64,000 nucleotides of DNA. It comes from Calditrichia bacterium. Its GTDB lineage: Bacteria; Calditrichota; Calditrichia; RBG-13-44-9; J075. The stretch's first letter is position 1, and every line of letters starts with the position of its first letter. The notes beneath the pieces are model-generated. The model was not told the DNA's origin. It saw only the letters and a list, made by a program, of their open reading frames with translations, and ran no database searches. Both the position numbers and the translations under genes were made by a program. This document shows positions 30,476-39,707 of the stretch, piece by piece. The stretch covers positions 59,405 through 123,404 of the forward strand of contig JBOEGD010000032.1 of NCBI GenBank assembly GCA_050633245.1, read 5' to 3'.

Positions 30476-31549
30476 GTGGAAACAGTAGATCCTAAGCTAC
30501 TCAAGGAGATTGACGAGGAGAAACCGGACACCCCGGTAGGTTTACTCAGCGATGAGCAGAAAGATACGCTTATCGAACGCGCTTTTTTAGGTTTATATCG
30601 ATGGTATGTGCAACGTTCCCAAACCAAGCGAAACTGGAATCCTGATTTCGATTTCGATTGGCGCAAATTCCGAACCGACCATACTGCAAAACTCAATACC
30701 ATTCTGGAGGGCTTTTTTGCCGTTGAGCAATACGTCCCGGACTATGTATTTACGCTTTTACGAGTGATTCGCAAGAGCCACGGTCGTTCGCATTTCCATA
30801 TCCGTTGGGGATCGGAAGAAGAAAAGCATGCCGAGTTATGGGAAAACACGCTGCTCTTTTCGCGCTTTCGTACGCCGAAGTGGATTGAAGATTACAAACA
30901 TGCACTTCGTGAAAAAGAATGGGAGCTTCCATGGGATTGCCCTATTCACATGATTTTTTACACGGTCGTGCAGGAGCGTGCAACCCAGGTGAATTATCTT
31001 AATACCGGTCTGATTGCCAGAGGCAAAAGCAAGCATGCAGAGTTCAAGGAGTCTACAGATGAGGTGCTGGCTCGTGTCGCTCAAACAATCGCTATTGATG
31101 AAGCGGCCCACTATAACTTCTTTCTGGAAGGCGCACGTTTGTATATGTATTACTATCCAACTAAGGCTATCGAAGCATTGCATAATGTAATCAAGTTTTT
31201 TGCAATGCCCGCTGGAGACCTGATTCCCGGCTACGATAAATTTGCCGAGGTGGTTTCCAAAGCAAATGTGTATGGACGTCGTGAGCATATGAAAGATGTG
31301 CTGGATGTCGCTCTGGATAATCTTGGAATCGCTGGTCGCCGTGCATTATTTCAGGGAATTGAGCGTATTCGTAAGGTGCCGGATGAAAATGGCGATATGC
31401 GTCATACCGGACTTTTTGATCTTCTTGACTACGAAGGTGTAGAGTCGAAGGTAAAACGTCTATTTGGACGCATTTCTGATTATGAAAAAGAGGTTGGCTT
31501 TGATCTAATCAATCCCACGGAATTTATTCCGAGCGGATTAAAGGCTTAA
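30476..31549 (+). CDS. Ferritin-like di-iron acyl-ACP desaturase family protein (DesA-like)
   Basis: WGSEEEKH, QERAT, IAIDEAAH, FAMPA di-iron motifs; GTG start with GGGAGA RBS. Confidence 0.85.
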   Translation: METVDPKLLKEIDEEKPDTPVGLLSDEQKDTLIERAFLGLYRWYVQRSQTKRNWNPDFDFDWRKFRTDHTAKLNTILEGFFAVEQYVPDYVFTLLRVIRKSHGRSHFHIRWGSEEEKHAELWENTLLFSRFRTPKWIEDYKHALREKEWELPWDCPIHMIFYTVVQERATQVNYLNTGLIARGKSKHAEFKESTDEVLARVAQTIAIDEAAHYNFFLEGARLYMYYYPTKAIEALHNVIKFFAMPAGDLIPGYDKFAEVVSKANVYGRREHMKDVLDVALDNLGIAGRRALFQGIERIRKVPDENGDMRHTGLFDLLDYEGVESKVKRLFGRISDYEKEVGFDLINPTEFIPSGLKA

Positions 31550-31578
31550 TCGCTTGTTGTTTTTATTTAGGGGCTGCT

Positions 31579-32130
31579 TCATTTTTGAGGCAGCCTCTTT
31601 TTTTTGCTTTTTAACCACATCGTAAGCAGACCCACACTACTTATCGGCAAGACAATCCACAAGAACTCACTCCATAGCACCCTTAGCCCTCTTTCACCCA
31701 AAAATGTTTGAATCTTTATTGGTGAAACGCGTATCGGTCTGAATTCAAAGAAGTGTCGCGTATTGTCGAAAGGTGCAAAAAAGGCCACTCCCTTTCCACC
31801 ATTTGTTAACGCATCAAAAATTCCGTGTGAGGCGGTAATAGCTGTGAATAATAATGCCAGACCGAGCAGCTGCTTTTGCGAGAAGCCGCTTTTACGAAAG
31901 AATAAGGCCGAAGCGCACATCCCTGTCAGCAAAGCAAAGAAAAGCGAGTGAGTTATCCCTCGATGACCCAATACGTGTTCGTATGGAATACCAAATCGGA
32001 AGGCAATTACGTCAAAATCCGGCAGCACGGGAAGTAAGATTGTCAATAACCAGAATCGTTTCGGCATCTTGCGAAAAAAGCTGCGTCCGAGGATCCAACC
32101 GCAGTAGGCGTGTGTGAAAATTGTAGGCAT
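31579..32130 (-). CDS. Membrane-bound metal-dependent hydrolase (YdjM/YbcI family)
   Basis: MPTIFTH, LPDFD, HRGITHS, SHGIFDALT. Confidence 0.9.
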   Translation of the reverse strand: MPTIFTHAYCGWILGRSFFRKMPKRFWLLTILLPVLPDFDVIAFRFGIPYEHVLGHRGITHSLFFALLTGMCASALFFRKSGFSQKQLLGLALLFTAITASHGIFDALTNGGKGVAFFAPFDNTRHFFEFRPIRVSPIKIQTFLGERGLRVLWSEFLWIVLPISSVGLLTMWLKSKKKRLPQK

Positions 32131-32447
32131 GAAGGCGCTCTCTATTGAGTGGGAATTAAAAACGTAAACCGGTTTTATGATACGAAACTCACGGCTATAG
32201 CGCTAGTTCGTCCATATTATTATTCGTCTTGAAGGCTGTTCAACCAACGAACAGATGCCCAAAATACATATTATGCTGCCAAAAAAAACTGCTGGCGTAG
32301 CAGGACAGACCTGCTCCTATGAGGAACTCCCTCAACGCTCTTAATGAATTCCATTTTGAATTGTATCGTCTCTTAGACTCGGATATCGGCGTGTCGCATC
32401 AAATACGCGAACCGATATCTTTCACCTGCATAGCAGGACAGGACTAT

Positions 32448-33548
32448 ATGAAGAAAAAATCTATATTACTTATCGATAGTAATCGAGAGCGTCGTACTCT
32501 TTGCATTAAGGTACTTCGCGAAAATGAATTCGAGGTTATTACCCGCTCCCCGCGTCGGTTGGACCTGGCCTCGATAACGGCACTTGCTCCGGCAATTGTG
32601 CTCTGTGAAGCTGAACTCTTATTGGATTTAGGTAAAAGTCAGTTATCGGAAATCTATGCAAATCGTGCTGCCGCGATGACGTCTTGTATTGCTATGACTT
32701 CAAAAACCGGCAAAACTCATTTGCGTAATTTATTATCTGTTGATGTAGATGACCTGCTAATTTCGCCATTTAAGGGCCAGGACTTGCTGGCATCAATCGA
32801 GCGTTGTTGCGAGCGACGAGAGCGCCTGTTGAACGCAACAGAACAGCGATTGGAAGAGATTCGCGTTTTCTTTACCATGTCTCTGCCTCATGAGCTACGA
32901 ACTCCGCTAAACGGCATTTCCGGAAACTCCGAACTTTTAATTGACCATATCGACCTTCTAAGTAACGATGAGGTGAAGGCGATTGCGCGGGATATTAAAG
33001 CTTCTTCATCGCGGTTGAACCGCGTTTTCAATAACTTTCTAACCTATTCGCAAATAGAGTTCTTGGCTGCAGATCCGGCAAGGCTAGATCTGGTGCGTCG
33101 CCGCAGAACAAGTCAACTTGGTGAGGTATTAGAGGTTCTGGCAAAATTGACGTCGCAGCATTACAAGCGCGAAAGCGATCTTGAGATGCGGTTGAATAGT
33201 CGAACGCTGGCGATGTCTGAAGAATATGTACGAAAAGTTTTTGGTGAATTGCTGGACAATGCGTTTAAATTTTCTAAAGCGGGTACCCGCGTAAGATTTG
33301 TAACAAAAATTGACGGCCGCCGTCTTTCTGTTGCTGTTGAGGATGAAGGACGTGGAATGAGTCCGGCGCAGATTGCGCGTATTGGGGCAAATATTCAGTT
33401 CGAGCGCCGCCAATATGAACAGCAAGGTACCGGTATGGGATTGGTCATAGCAAAACGTCTTGTCGAGTTACATCGTGGCAAGCTGCAAATTGAGAGTCAT
33501 CCGGATTCCGGAACGCGTGTAGAGGTAATGCTTCCTTTAGGTAAATAG
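32448..33548 (+). CDS. REC-HisKA-HATPase hybrid kinase with atypical receiver
   Basis: HELRTPL, ELLDNAFKFS, DEGRG, GTGMGL; receiver-like N-terminus (ILLIDS, VLCE). Confidence 0.85.
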   Translation: MKKKSILLIDSNRERRTLCIKVLRENEFEVITRSPRRLDLASITALAPAIVLCEAELLLDLGKSQLSEIYANRAAAMTSCIAMTSKTGKTHLRNLLSVDVDDLLISPFKGQDLLASIERCCERRERLLNATEQRLEEIRVFFTMSLPHELRTPLNGISGNSELLIDHIDLLSNDEVKAIARDIKASSSRLNRVFNNFLTYSQIEFLAADPARLDLVRRRRTSQLGEVLEVLAKLTSQHYKRESDLEMRLNSRTLAMSEEYVRKVFGELLDNAFKFSKAGTRVRFVTKIDGRRLSVAVEDEGRGMSPAQIARIGANIQFERRQYEQQGTGMGLVIAKRLVELHRGKLQIESHPDSGTRVEVMLPLGK

Positions 33549-33647
33549 GTTTTAGAACGTAAGATATCTGCAGCCCCGGAATACGAAGCACTATTTCATG
33601 CCGACCTTATAAAAATGAAAATTTCTTTGAGAACATCATTTTCTCTT

Positions 33648-34901
33648 TTAATGCCAAATAATAGCAGTCGGTTTTTTTTCTATAACCGGCTTTTCTAGTT
33701 GCGCTGGCATAATTATCACAATCGATTCCCGCAAAAAACGCTGTTGGAGAGAACCCTGACTGATTATCAGCCGAGATCGCTGTTGAATTAACACATGTTG
33801 TGTTGGCGAGGGGGATAGATCGTTTTCCAAAGCAGGGGCATTTGCAATTGCAAATCGAGGTGCTGTTGTTAACAGAATGACTCCCATTGCCAAAGCGAAA
33901 ACCGGCGCAGAATAACGAAAAGTATCTTTTCGTTCCGCATTTTGATCAAGAATTCGCACCACGCGCTTTTTTAATGAACCGGAAGATCCCATTGCGGCTA
34001 CATATTCCGGTATTGTCGATCGTTGCTGCATCCAGCTTGCAACGTTTGAAAGGCAGCGAGCGAGATCCAGCGAGCGCCCGGTCTGCTGTAGTGCCCAATC
34101 ATCACATAGATATTCGGCTGTTGCTCGCATGCGTAATCTGGCTAAATAGTTAAGTGGTTGAAAAAAGAACAGGGCTTCAACTACGGCAATCAAAGCAAAC
34201 CAAAGCGGATCGCGGCGCACAAGGTGCGCCATTTCATGGGCCAGCACGCTTCGTTGTTGGTGGGTGTCCATAGTATCCAGAACCTGTTTGGGAAGACATA
34301 TCTCTTTATGAGAGATGGCAAGTGGACTGGTAATATGCTCAGAACTAGTCAATATAACATCTGGCCGGTAACCGGAATTGTTTTTGATCGCGCTAACAGA
34401 CCCCAAAATTGACCTGTCCGTTACCAGAGTTCTGGGAGTGCGGCGTACTGCCCAATAAGAAAAAAACAGACGAATTAGACCAACTATTGCGAGGAAGCTC
34501 CAACCTGCCAAAAACAATAAAGGCCACGAAAAAGTTGCTGCTGCAGCAGGCTCAAGTTGTGGAGTATGGCGAATATTGCTATTCCGGAAGTAGAATTGAG
34601 AACCGTTAAGGCTCGTTCCGCTTATCTGGATTGTTTCAATCTGTTGAGATGGTTGTGGGGGCTGAGCATGCGAAACTTCTGTGGCTTGGGGAAACAGAAA
34701 AGACCCGCCAATTGGAGCTAAGTCTCCGGCTGTTTGCATTGTTGCGGTTATGAAACCGGTAAGCAGCGCCGCTTTTAAAAGGGTGTTTTGCAATCGTAGT
34801 TGCCTCTGATCGAGAACAAAGGATATTCCCAGAATGGTCAAAAGAATGATGCTGCTGTGAATACTATAGGTAAGCACCCACGTCATGACGACGTCACTCA
34901 T
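33648..34901 (-). CDS. BlaR1/M56-family metallopeptidase (no penicillin-binding domain)
   Basis: TM segments, HEMAH zinc motif, FFFQPL, EYLCDD, LKKRV. Confidence 0.88.
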   Translation of the reverse strand: MSDVVMTWVLTYSIHSSIILLTILGISFVLDQRQLRLQNTLLKAALLTGFITATMQTAGDLAPIGGSFLFPQATEVSHAQPPQPSQQIETIQISGTSLNGSQFYFRNSNIRHTPQLEPAAAATFSWPLLFLAGWSFLAIVGLIRLFFSYWAVRRTPRTLVTDRSILGSVSAIKNNSGYRPDVILTSSEHITSPLAISHKEICLPKQVLDTMDTHQQRSVLAHEMAHLVRRDPLWFALIAVVEALFFFQPLNYLARLRMRATAEYLCDDWALQQTGRSLDLARCLSNVASWMQQRSTIPEYVAAMGSSGSLKKRVVRILDQNAERKDTFRYSAPVFALAMGVILLTTAPRFAIANAPALENDLSPSPTQHVLIQQRSRLIISQGSLQQRFLRESIVIIMPAQLEKPVIEKKPTAIIWH

Positions 34902-35289
34902 TGATTTTACCGCCACTTTTTTCACGCTCTTCAATTAAGCGTCGTATATCTTCAAGATCGCTGTTGTTAATTTCAGACTCGCTGACAAGATGATTTACCA
35001 TTGCTTTTACGTCACCTCGAAAAAGCCGGTTCAGTAGATCGCCTACCATAGACTGCTTTACCTCGCCTTCACTGACGCAGGCGCTGTAGAGGTATTGTCT
35101 GCTTTGGGCGCGATGTTTTAAGAGGCCACGTTTTTCGAGGCGAGACAAGATGGTTGCAACGGTAGTTGTGGCAAGAGGGCGAAACCGATTTAGCTTTTCG
35201 TGCACGCAGGCGGCACTGGCTTCGCCTTCTGCCCAGATAATTCGCATAATCTGCATCTGTAAATCGCTGAGTGTGTTATCCTGAGACAT
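34894..35289 (-). CDS. BlaI/MecI/CopY-family repressor
   Basis: LSDLQMQIMRIIW, TTVATILSRLEKRG, YLYSA, LNRLFRG; overlaps the BlaR1 start. Confidence 0.9.
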   Translation of the reverse strand: MSQDNTLSDLQMQIMRIIWAEGEASAACVHEKLNRFRPLATTTVATILSRLEKRGLLKHRAQSRQYLYSACVSEGEVKQSMVGDLLNRLFRGDVKAMVNHLVSESEINNSDLEDIRRLIEEREKSGGKINE

Positions 35290-35310
35290 TTCTACTCCCT
35301 TGCTATTCAA

Positions 35311-35324
35311 ACTACAGGTGTCAT
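35311..35324. promoter_or_regulatory. Putative BlaI operator
   Basis: actacaggtgtcat, near-match to TACA-N2-TGTA just upstream of the BlaI gene. Confidence 0.4.
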
Positions 35325-35448
35325 ATATAGAGCTTACGGTTAGCTGAAAAAGATGTTCCGGCACCGCAGAGAAATTTTAGGATAGTTCTGGTTTTTCTGA
35401 CGTCTATGATAGATAATATGTACTTACTATAAAGATGGAATAGGGAAT

Positions 35449-37260
35449 ATGAATATATTGGGAATTTCGGCTTACTATCACGATAGCGCAGCATGCTTAG
35501 TGCAAGATGGTAAATTGATCTCTGCCGCTCAGGAAGAACGCTTTACTCGCAAGAAACACGATTTTCGCTTCCCCAACAATGCGGTAGACTACTGTTTGAG
35601 AGAAGCGGGGGTCTCTCCTGCCGATATAGACTATGTGGCCTTTTACGATAAACCTTTTTTGAAGTTCGAACGATTGCTGCTCACTTATATCTCGTATGCT
35701 CCGGCCGGGTTACGTTCATTTATCCAGGCAATGCCTTTGTGGTTGAAACAAAAAATCTGGATGAAAGATCTCATTGCCAAGGAATTGGACTATGAGGGCA
35801 AGATATTATTCCCTGAACATCATCAGTCACATGCGGCTTCTGCATTTTTACCATCTCCTTTCGAAGAGGCCGCTATTCTTACGCTTGATGGCGTGGGTGA
35901 ATGGACAACTGCCAGCTATGGCGTTGGGAGTGCCAACAAGCTTGATCTTTTGGCTGAACTGCGCTTCCCGCATTCGCTCGGCTTACTTTATTCGGCATTT
36001 ACTTATTTTACCGGCTTTCGCGTGAACTCCGGGGAATATAAGCTAATGGGGCTTGCCCCCTACGGTGAACCGCGTTATACCGATATTATTTTGAATAAGT
36101 TGATTGATCTGAAAGAAGATGGCTCATTCAAAATGGATATGATGTATTTCAATTATCCGGCGGGCTTGACGATGACCAACCGGCATTTCGCATCACTTTT
36201 TGGCGGTCCTGCCCGCAAACCGGAAAGCGATATTACGCAGCGCGAAATGGATTTGGCGCGTTCGGTTCAGGAAGTAACGGAAGAGATTATGTTGCGCATG
36301 GCGCGACATGTTCACAAAGAAACCGGTCAGAAGAATCTGGTGCTCGCAGGAGGCGTAGCATTGAACTGTGTTGGTAATGGTCGAATTCTACGTGAAGGTC
36401 CTTTCGAAAACGTTTGGATTCAACCCGCAGCCGGCGATGCCGGTGGGGCCTTGGGAGCAGCATTGTTTACTTGGTATCAGTATCTCGACAATCCGAGATC
36501 GCTCAATGATGGTCGCGATCTACAGGCGGGTTCCTATCTTGGTCCGGCATTCGACGACGACAGCACTGAAGCCTGGTTAAACGAAATTGGTGCGCCGTAT
36601 AAACGCTTATCGGATGACGAGTTATTTGATTCGGTCGCAGGCTTAATTGCATCAAATAACGTAATTGGCTGGTTTCAGGGAAGAATGGAGTTTGGCCCGC
36701 GTGCACTCGGAAATCGCAGCATTATTGGTGATGCCCGTTCTACTGAAATGCAGTCAGTTATGAATCTGAAGATAAAATTTCGCGAAAGCTTCCGACCATT
36801 TGCCCCCTCGGTATTGCGTGAAAAAGTAGATAGCTGCTTCGAATTGACGGAGGCGAGCCCATATATGCTGCTGGTTGCCCCGGTAAAGAAGGAACTGCAA
36901 ATTTCTGATGACGAAAGTGATAATCAAGGCCTCGATAAGCTGAAAGTTGCACGATCGACTATTCCTGCTGTTACGCATGTGGACTACTCAGCTCGCGTAC
37001 AAACCGTTGATGCACAGGATAATCCACGTTATCACCGATTAATTTCGACTTTCTACGAAAAAAGCGGCTGCCCAACCATAATCAATACCTCCTTTAATGT
37101 GCGCGGCGAACCGATTGTCTGCACTCCGGAAGAAGCGTTTCGCTGCTTTATGCGCACCAATATGGACTACTTGGTACTTGGTAATATTTTAATCAATAAG
37201 ATCGATCAAAAGCCGCTGGAAGAGTCCGGGGATTGGCGAGATGAATACGAATTGGACTAA
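35449..37260 (+). CDS. Carbamoyltransferase (NodU/CmcH/SxtI family)
   Basis: YHDSAA, QEERFTRKKH, EHHQSHAASA, DGVGE, EYKLMGLAPYG, GGVALN, GRMEFGPRALGNRS, FRESFRPFAP, NTSFNVRGEP. Confidence 0.95.
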   Translation: MNILGISAYYHDSAACLVQDGKLISAAQEERFTRKKHDFRFPNNAVDYCLREAGVSPADIDYVAFYDKPFLKFERLLLTYISYAPAGLRSFIQAMPLWLKQKIWMKDLIAKELDYEGKILFPEHHQSHAASAFLPSPFEEAAILTLDGVGEWTTASYGVGSANKLDLLAELRFPHSLGLLYSAFTYFTGFRVNSGEYKLMGLAPYGEPRYTDIILNKLIDLKEDGSFKMDMMYFNYPAGLTMTNRHFASLFGGPARKPESDITQREMDLARSVQEVTEEIMLRMARHVHKETGQKNLVLAGGVALNCVGNGRILREGPFENVWIQPAAGDAGGALGAALFTWYQYLDNPRSLNDGRDLQAGSYLGPAFDDDSTEAWLNEIGAPYKRLSDDELFDSVAGLIASNNVIGWFQGRMEFGPRALGNRSIIGDARSTEMQSVMNLKIKFRESFRPFAPSVLREKVDSCFELTEASPYMLLVAPVKKELQISDDESDNQGLDKLKVARSTIPAVTHVDYSARVQTVDAQDNPRYHRLISTFYEKSGCPTIINTSFNVRGEPIVCTPEEAFRCFMRTNMDYLVLGNILINKIDQKPLEESGDWRDEYELD

Positions 37261-37685
37261 TGATGATTAAAGAAGATCTACAGTTATTAAAGCAGGCGAC
37301 AACCAGAAAGGTGCTGCGCAGCTTCGGCTTATCTATAGGCGGTGTTCTTCTGGCAATAGCCGCATTTTTATTTTGGAAAGAATCGTCTGCTGCCGTTTAT
37401 TTTACTGTGCCGGGTGCGCTGCTCGTTGTTTTTGGTCTGCTCTTGCCCAATGCCTTAAAGCAATTGTATTGGGGCTGGATGACAGTCGCTCTGGCAATTG
37501 GCTTCGTAATGACGCGCGTTATCTTAACGCTTGTCTACATGCTGGTATTTACACCGGCATCAATGATTGCGAGACTACTGAGCAAGGATTTGTTGGAAGC
37601 AGGTATCGATAAAGAGGCTAAGACGTACTGGAAGAAGCGCGAACAGACTGAATACGATCCGGCATCAACCGAAAATCAATATTAA
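37260..37685 (+). CDS. SxtJ-family membrane protein
   Basis: LRSFG, WMTVA..IG.V, TYW, ENQY C-terminus; translationally coupled to the carbamoyltransferase. Confidence 0.85.
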   Translation: MMIKEDLQLLKQATTRKVLRSFGLSIGGVLLAIAAFLFWKESSAAVYFTVPGALLVVFGLLLPNALKQLYWGWMTVALAIGFVMTRVILTLVYMLVFTPASMIARLLSKDLLEAGIDKEAKTYWKKREQTEYDPASTENQY

Positions 37686-37703
37686 TAGATAAGGAATAGA
37701 CAG

Positions 37704-37862
37704 ATGTCTAAACTTTCAATTCTTGGGGAATTCGTTCAGTTCCTGAAGGTGAGTAAAAAATGGTGGTTGGCTCCGATAGTGGCAATCTTACTTCTGCTCG
37801 GTTTAATCATCGTTCTGGCTGAAGGAAATAGTTTGGGTATGTTCATTTATACCTTGTTTTAG
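37704..37862 (+). CDS. DUF5989 / SxtK-like small membrane protein (not in the ORF track)
   Basis: Translates to MSKLSILGEFVQFLKVSKKWWLAPIVAILLLLGLIIVLAEGNSLGMFIYTLF (52 aa) with KKWWLAP and FIYTLF hallmarks; AAGGA RBS. Confidence 0.88.
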   Translation: MSKLSILGEFVQFLKVSKKWWLAPIVAILLLLGLIIVLAEGNSLGMFIYTLF

Positions 37863-37914
37863 CAGATGAGTGGCCGTTAGGTTGTGTTGACACTTAAGAC
37901 CTGTTGCCCATTTT

Positions 37915-38033
37915 ATGTCACCCCTCCGGGGTTCAACATACTTATGCGAGCACATGCCATACATATTAAGCACCTCTGGTGCTTCGCGAACAAGCTGTGT
38001 AAAAGAACTGGCTTTGCCCCGGAGGGGCGGCAT
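37915..38033. repeat. REP-like inverted pair (CCCCTCCGGGG core) with a degenerate middle copy
   Basis: atgtcacccctccggggt (37915-37932) vs reverse complement of gccccggaggggcggcat (38016-38033), 15/18 identical; gcacctctggtgc between them. Confidence 0.65.
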
Positions 38034-38179
38034 ATTTCTTATGAATATCGGTTCAAATAATGTCTGTTTTTCGAAACACTTTATTAAACTTCCCCGTTGT
38101 ATCTACAACTATTTCTATATCTTTACCTTGAGCTACCTGATAAAAATGTGTTCCACACTCGGAATCTAAAGGAGCCTGG

Positions 38180-39055
38180 ATGAAACTACTCAAAGGAATA
38201 CTGCTTGTCCTTGTTGCGCTTATTGCACTGGTTTTTATCTTGATATACTTTAATGTGCTGTGGCTTATGGCTCCTTCTTATGATGTGAAGCAATACATTG
38301 AGCTTAAAGAGCCCATTATGGATATGCTGGCTTATGAAGAGATATGGGAAACGCATCGTCGCCCATACATTTATTCTGTTTTGGCCGCCAACGGCGGCGG
38401 CGTTTGGGTAATGGGTGTTGAGCACTCCAAGGATGTCGATCACCCGCAAATGGATTCTATTCGCTACTATTGGGAGAAGGCGCAGCCGAACTTGGCGCTG
38501 GCAGAAGGTGGTGTGGGCAATTTGGTACGCTACCTACAGCATCCGATAAAAACGAATGGCGAGGGCGGATTGCTCCGGCAGCTCGCCGATGATGCCGGAG
38601 TAGAGCTCTATTCCTGGGAACCGAGACGAGAAATAGAAATTGAACTCTTGATGCGAGACTTTCCTGTTGAGCAAATAGCAATGTTCTATACACTGCGCCC
38701 TTATTTTAGCAACATGCGTTTTGGCCGCCCGGATAGCCCGGAGGCAGCGTTGCAGGACTATTTAAACAGTCGAACTGATTATAAGCACCTGCGTGGTGTT
38801 TATACATCATGGACTGAATTAGATAGCATCTGGCAGCGAGATTTTCCTGATAAGGACTGGCGAGAACATTCCAGTGGAAATGGCTGGCCTAAGGGATATC
38901 TTCACAGCATCTGGAATAAGTCTAATGTGGCAAGAGATGAGCATATGGTTCAGATTATTTTGGAAGCTGTTGGGGAGGGGAAAACAGTCTTTGTAACGAT
39001 GGGAGCCAGTCATGCACCGCGTGTAGAAAAAACACTGCGGGCTGAGTTGGAATAA
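38180..39055 (+). CDS. Membrane-anchored hypothetical protein, TraB/GumN/ChaN-like fold
   Basis: N-terminal TM; GVEH, AEGG, RDEHM, VFVTMGASH motifs. Confidence 0.55.
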   Translation: MKLLKGILLVLVALIALVFILIYFNVLWLMAPSYDVKQYIELKEPIMDMLAYEEIWETHRRPYIYSVLAANGGGVWVMGVEHSKDVDHPQMDSIRYYWEKAQPNLALAEGGVGNLVRYLQHPIKTNGEGGLLRQLADDAGVELYSWEPRREIEIELLMRDFPVEQIAMFYTLRPYFSNMRFGRPDSPEAALQDYLNSRTDYKHLRGVYTSWTELDSIWQRDFPDKDWREHSSGNGWPKGYLHSIWNKSNVARDEHMVQIILEAVGEGKTVFVTMGASHAPRVEKTLRAELE

Positions 39056-39081
39056 AATGCTTGAAAGGATGAGATCTACCT

Positions 39082-39423
39082 ATGAACCTGAATAAGAAGA
39101 GATTCAGAACAAGTGAGAACAAGTCAGGTTTATCATCTGACGAAACGACATTTCAATATTTTGAAAAAGACAGTGTTATTAGCGGTCGCTATCATGGTGG
39201 GTCGATCGTAGAAGGAACTCTGTTGGGCAAGCGAGTTGCTGATGACCGAATTGAACTGCTGTATCAGTGTCTAACCGATTCCGGTGAGCTAAAGGCAGGG
39301 CAATCGACTGGAGCGCTTTCCATAAATGAAGACGGACTGCTTGAAATACGATACGACTGGCAATGGCTCAACGGAACGCGTACTGGAGGAAAATCTGTAT
39401 ATATCGAGATTCCCGAAAGATAG
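39082..39423 (+). CDS. Small beta-rich conserved hypothetical protein
   Basis: 113-aa ORF, TTFQY, YHGGSIVEG, YQC, WQWLNG; family recalled as loosely labelled 'n-acetylglutamate synthase' but no GNAT or kinase motifs. Confidence 0.65.
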   Translation: MNLNKKRFRTSENKSGLSSDETTFQYFEKDSVISGRYHGGSIVEGTLLGKRVADDRIELLYQCLTDSGELKAGQSTGALSINEDGLLEIRYDWQWLNGTRTGGKSVYIEIPER

Positions 39424-39523
39424 CGTCCACTTTTGTAGCGTAAACAACTGCATGAACTCAGTGCCAGAGATTATATTCAACCATAAATGCGAATTATGCT
39501 TGGAATTCTATATCAATATTTTT

Positions 39524-39635
39524 GTCACTCCGAGGGGCGTCGAGGCGTTTAGACAAATAATATAACAGCCTAAATAATGAAAATGTGAACTTCGATGGAG
39601 TTTATACCGAGCGCAGCCGAGGTGTCGGCACGACA
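39524..39635. repeat. REP-like palindromic elements (CCGAGCGCAGYCGAGG type)
   Basis: gtcactccgaggggcgtcgagg (39524-39545) and cttcga...ccgagcgcagccgaggtgtcggcacgaca (39590-39635). Confidence 0.55.
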
Positions 39636-39707
39636 TTTCGGCTCTAAAATATAGCCAAAGCGTCAACATGTAATTCACATCATAAGCGATTAACTTTAAA
39701 GGTTCAT

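Noticed and set aside
33648-35289. Beta-lactam resistance regulon
   Set aside because: The M56 protein lacks a penicillin-binding sensor domain and no active beta-lactamase is adjacent
35449-37862. Saxitoxin biosynthesis cluster
   Set aside because: Only sxtI/J/K-like genes are present; no sxtA, sxtG or other core genes
39082-39423. N-acetylglutamate synthase function (tempting given argH)
   Set aside because: Too short and lacks acetyltransferase or kinase motifs
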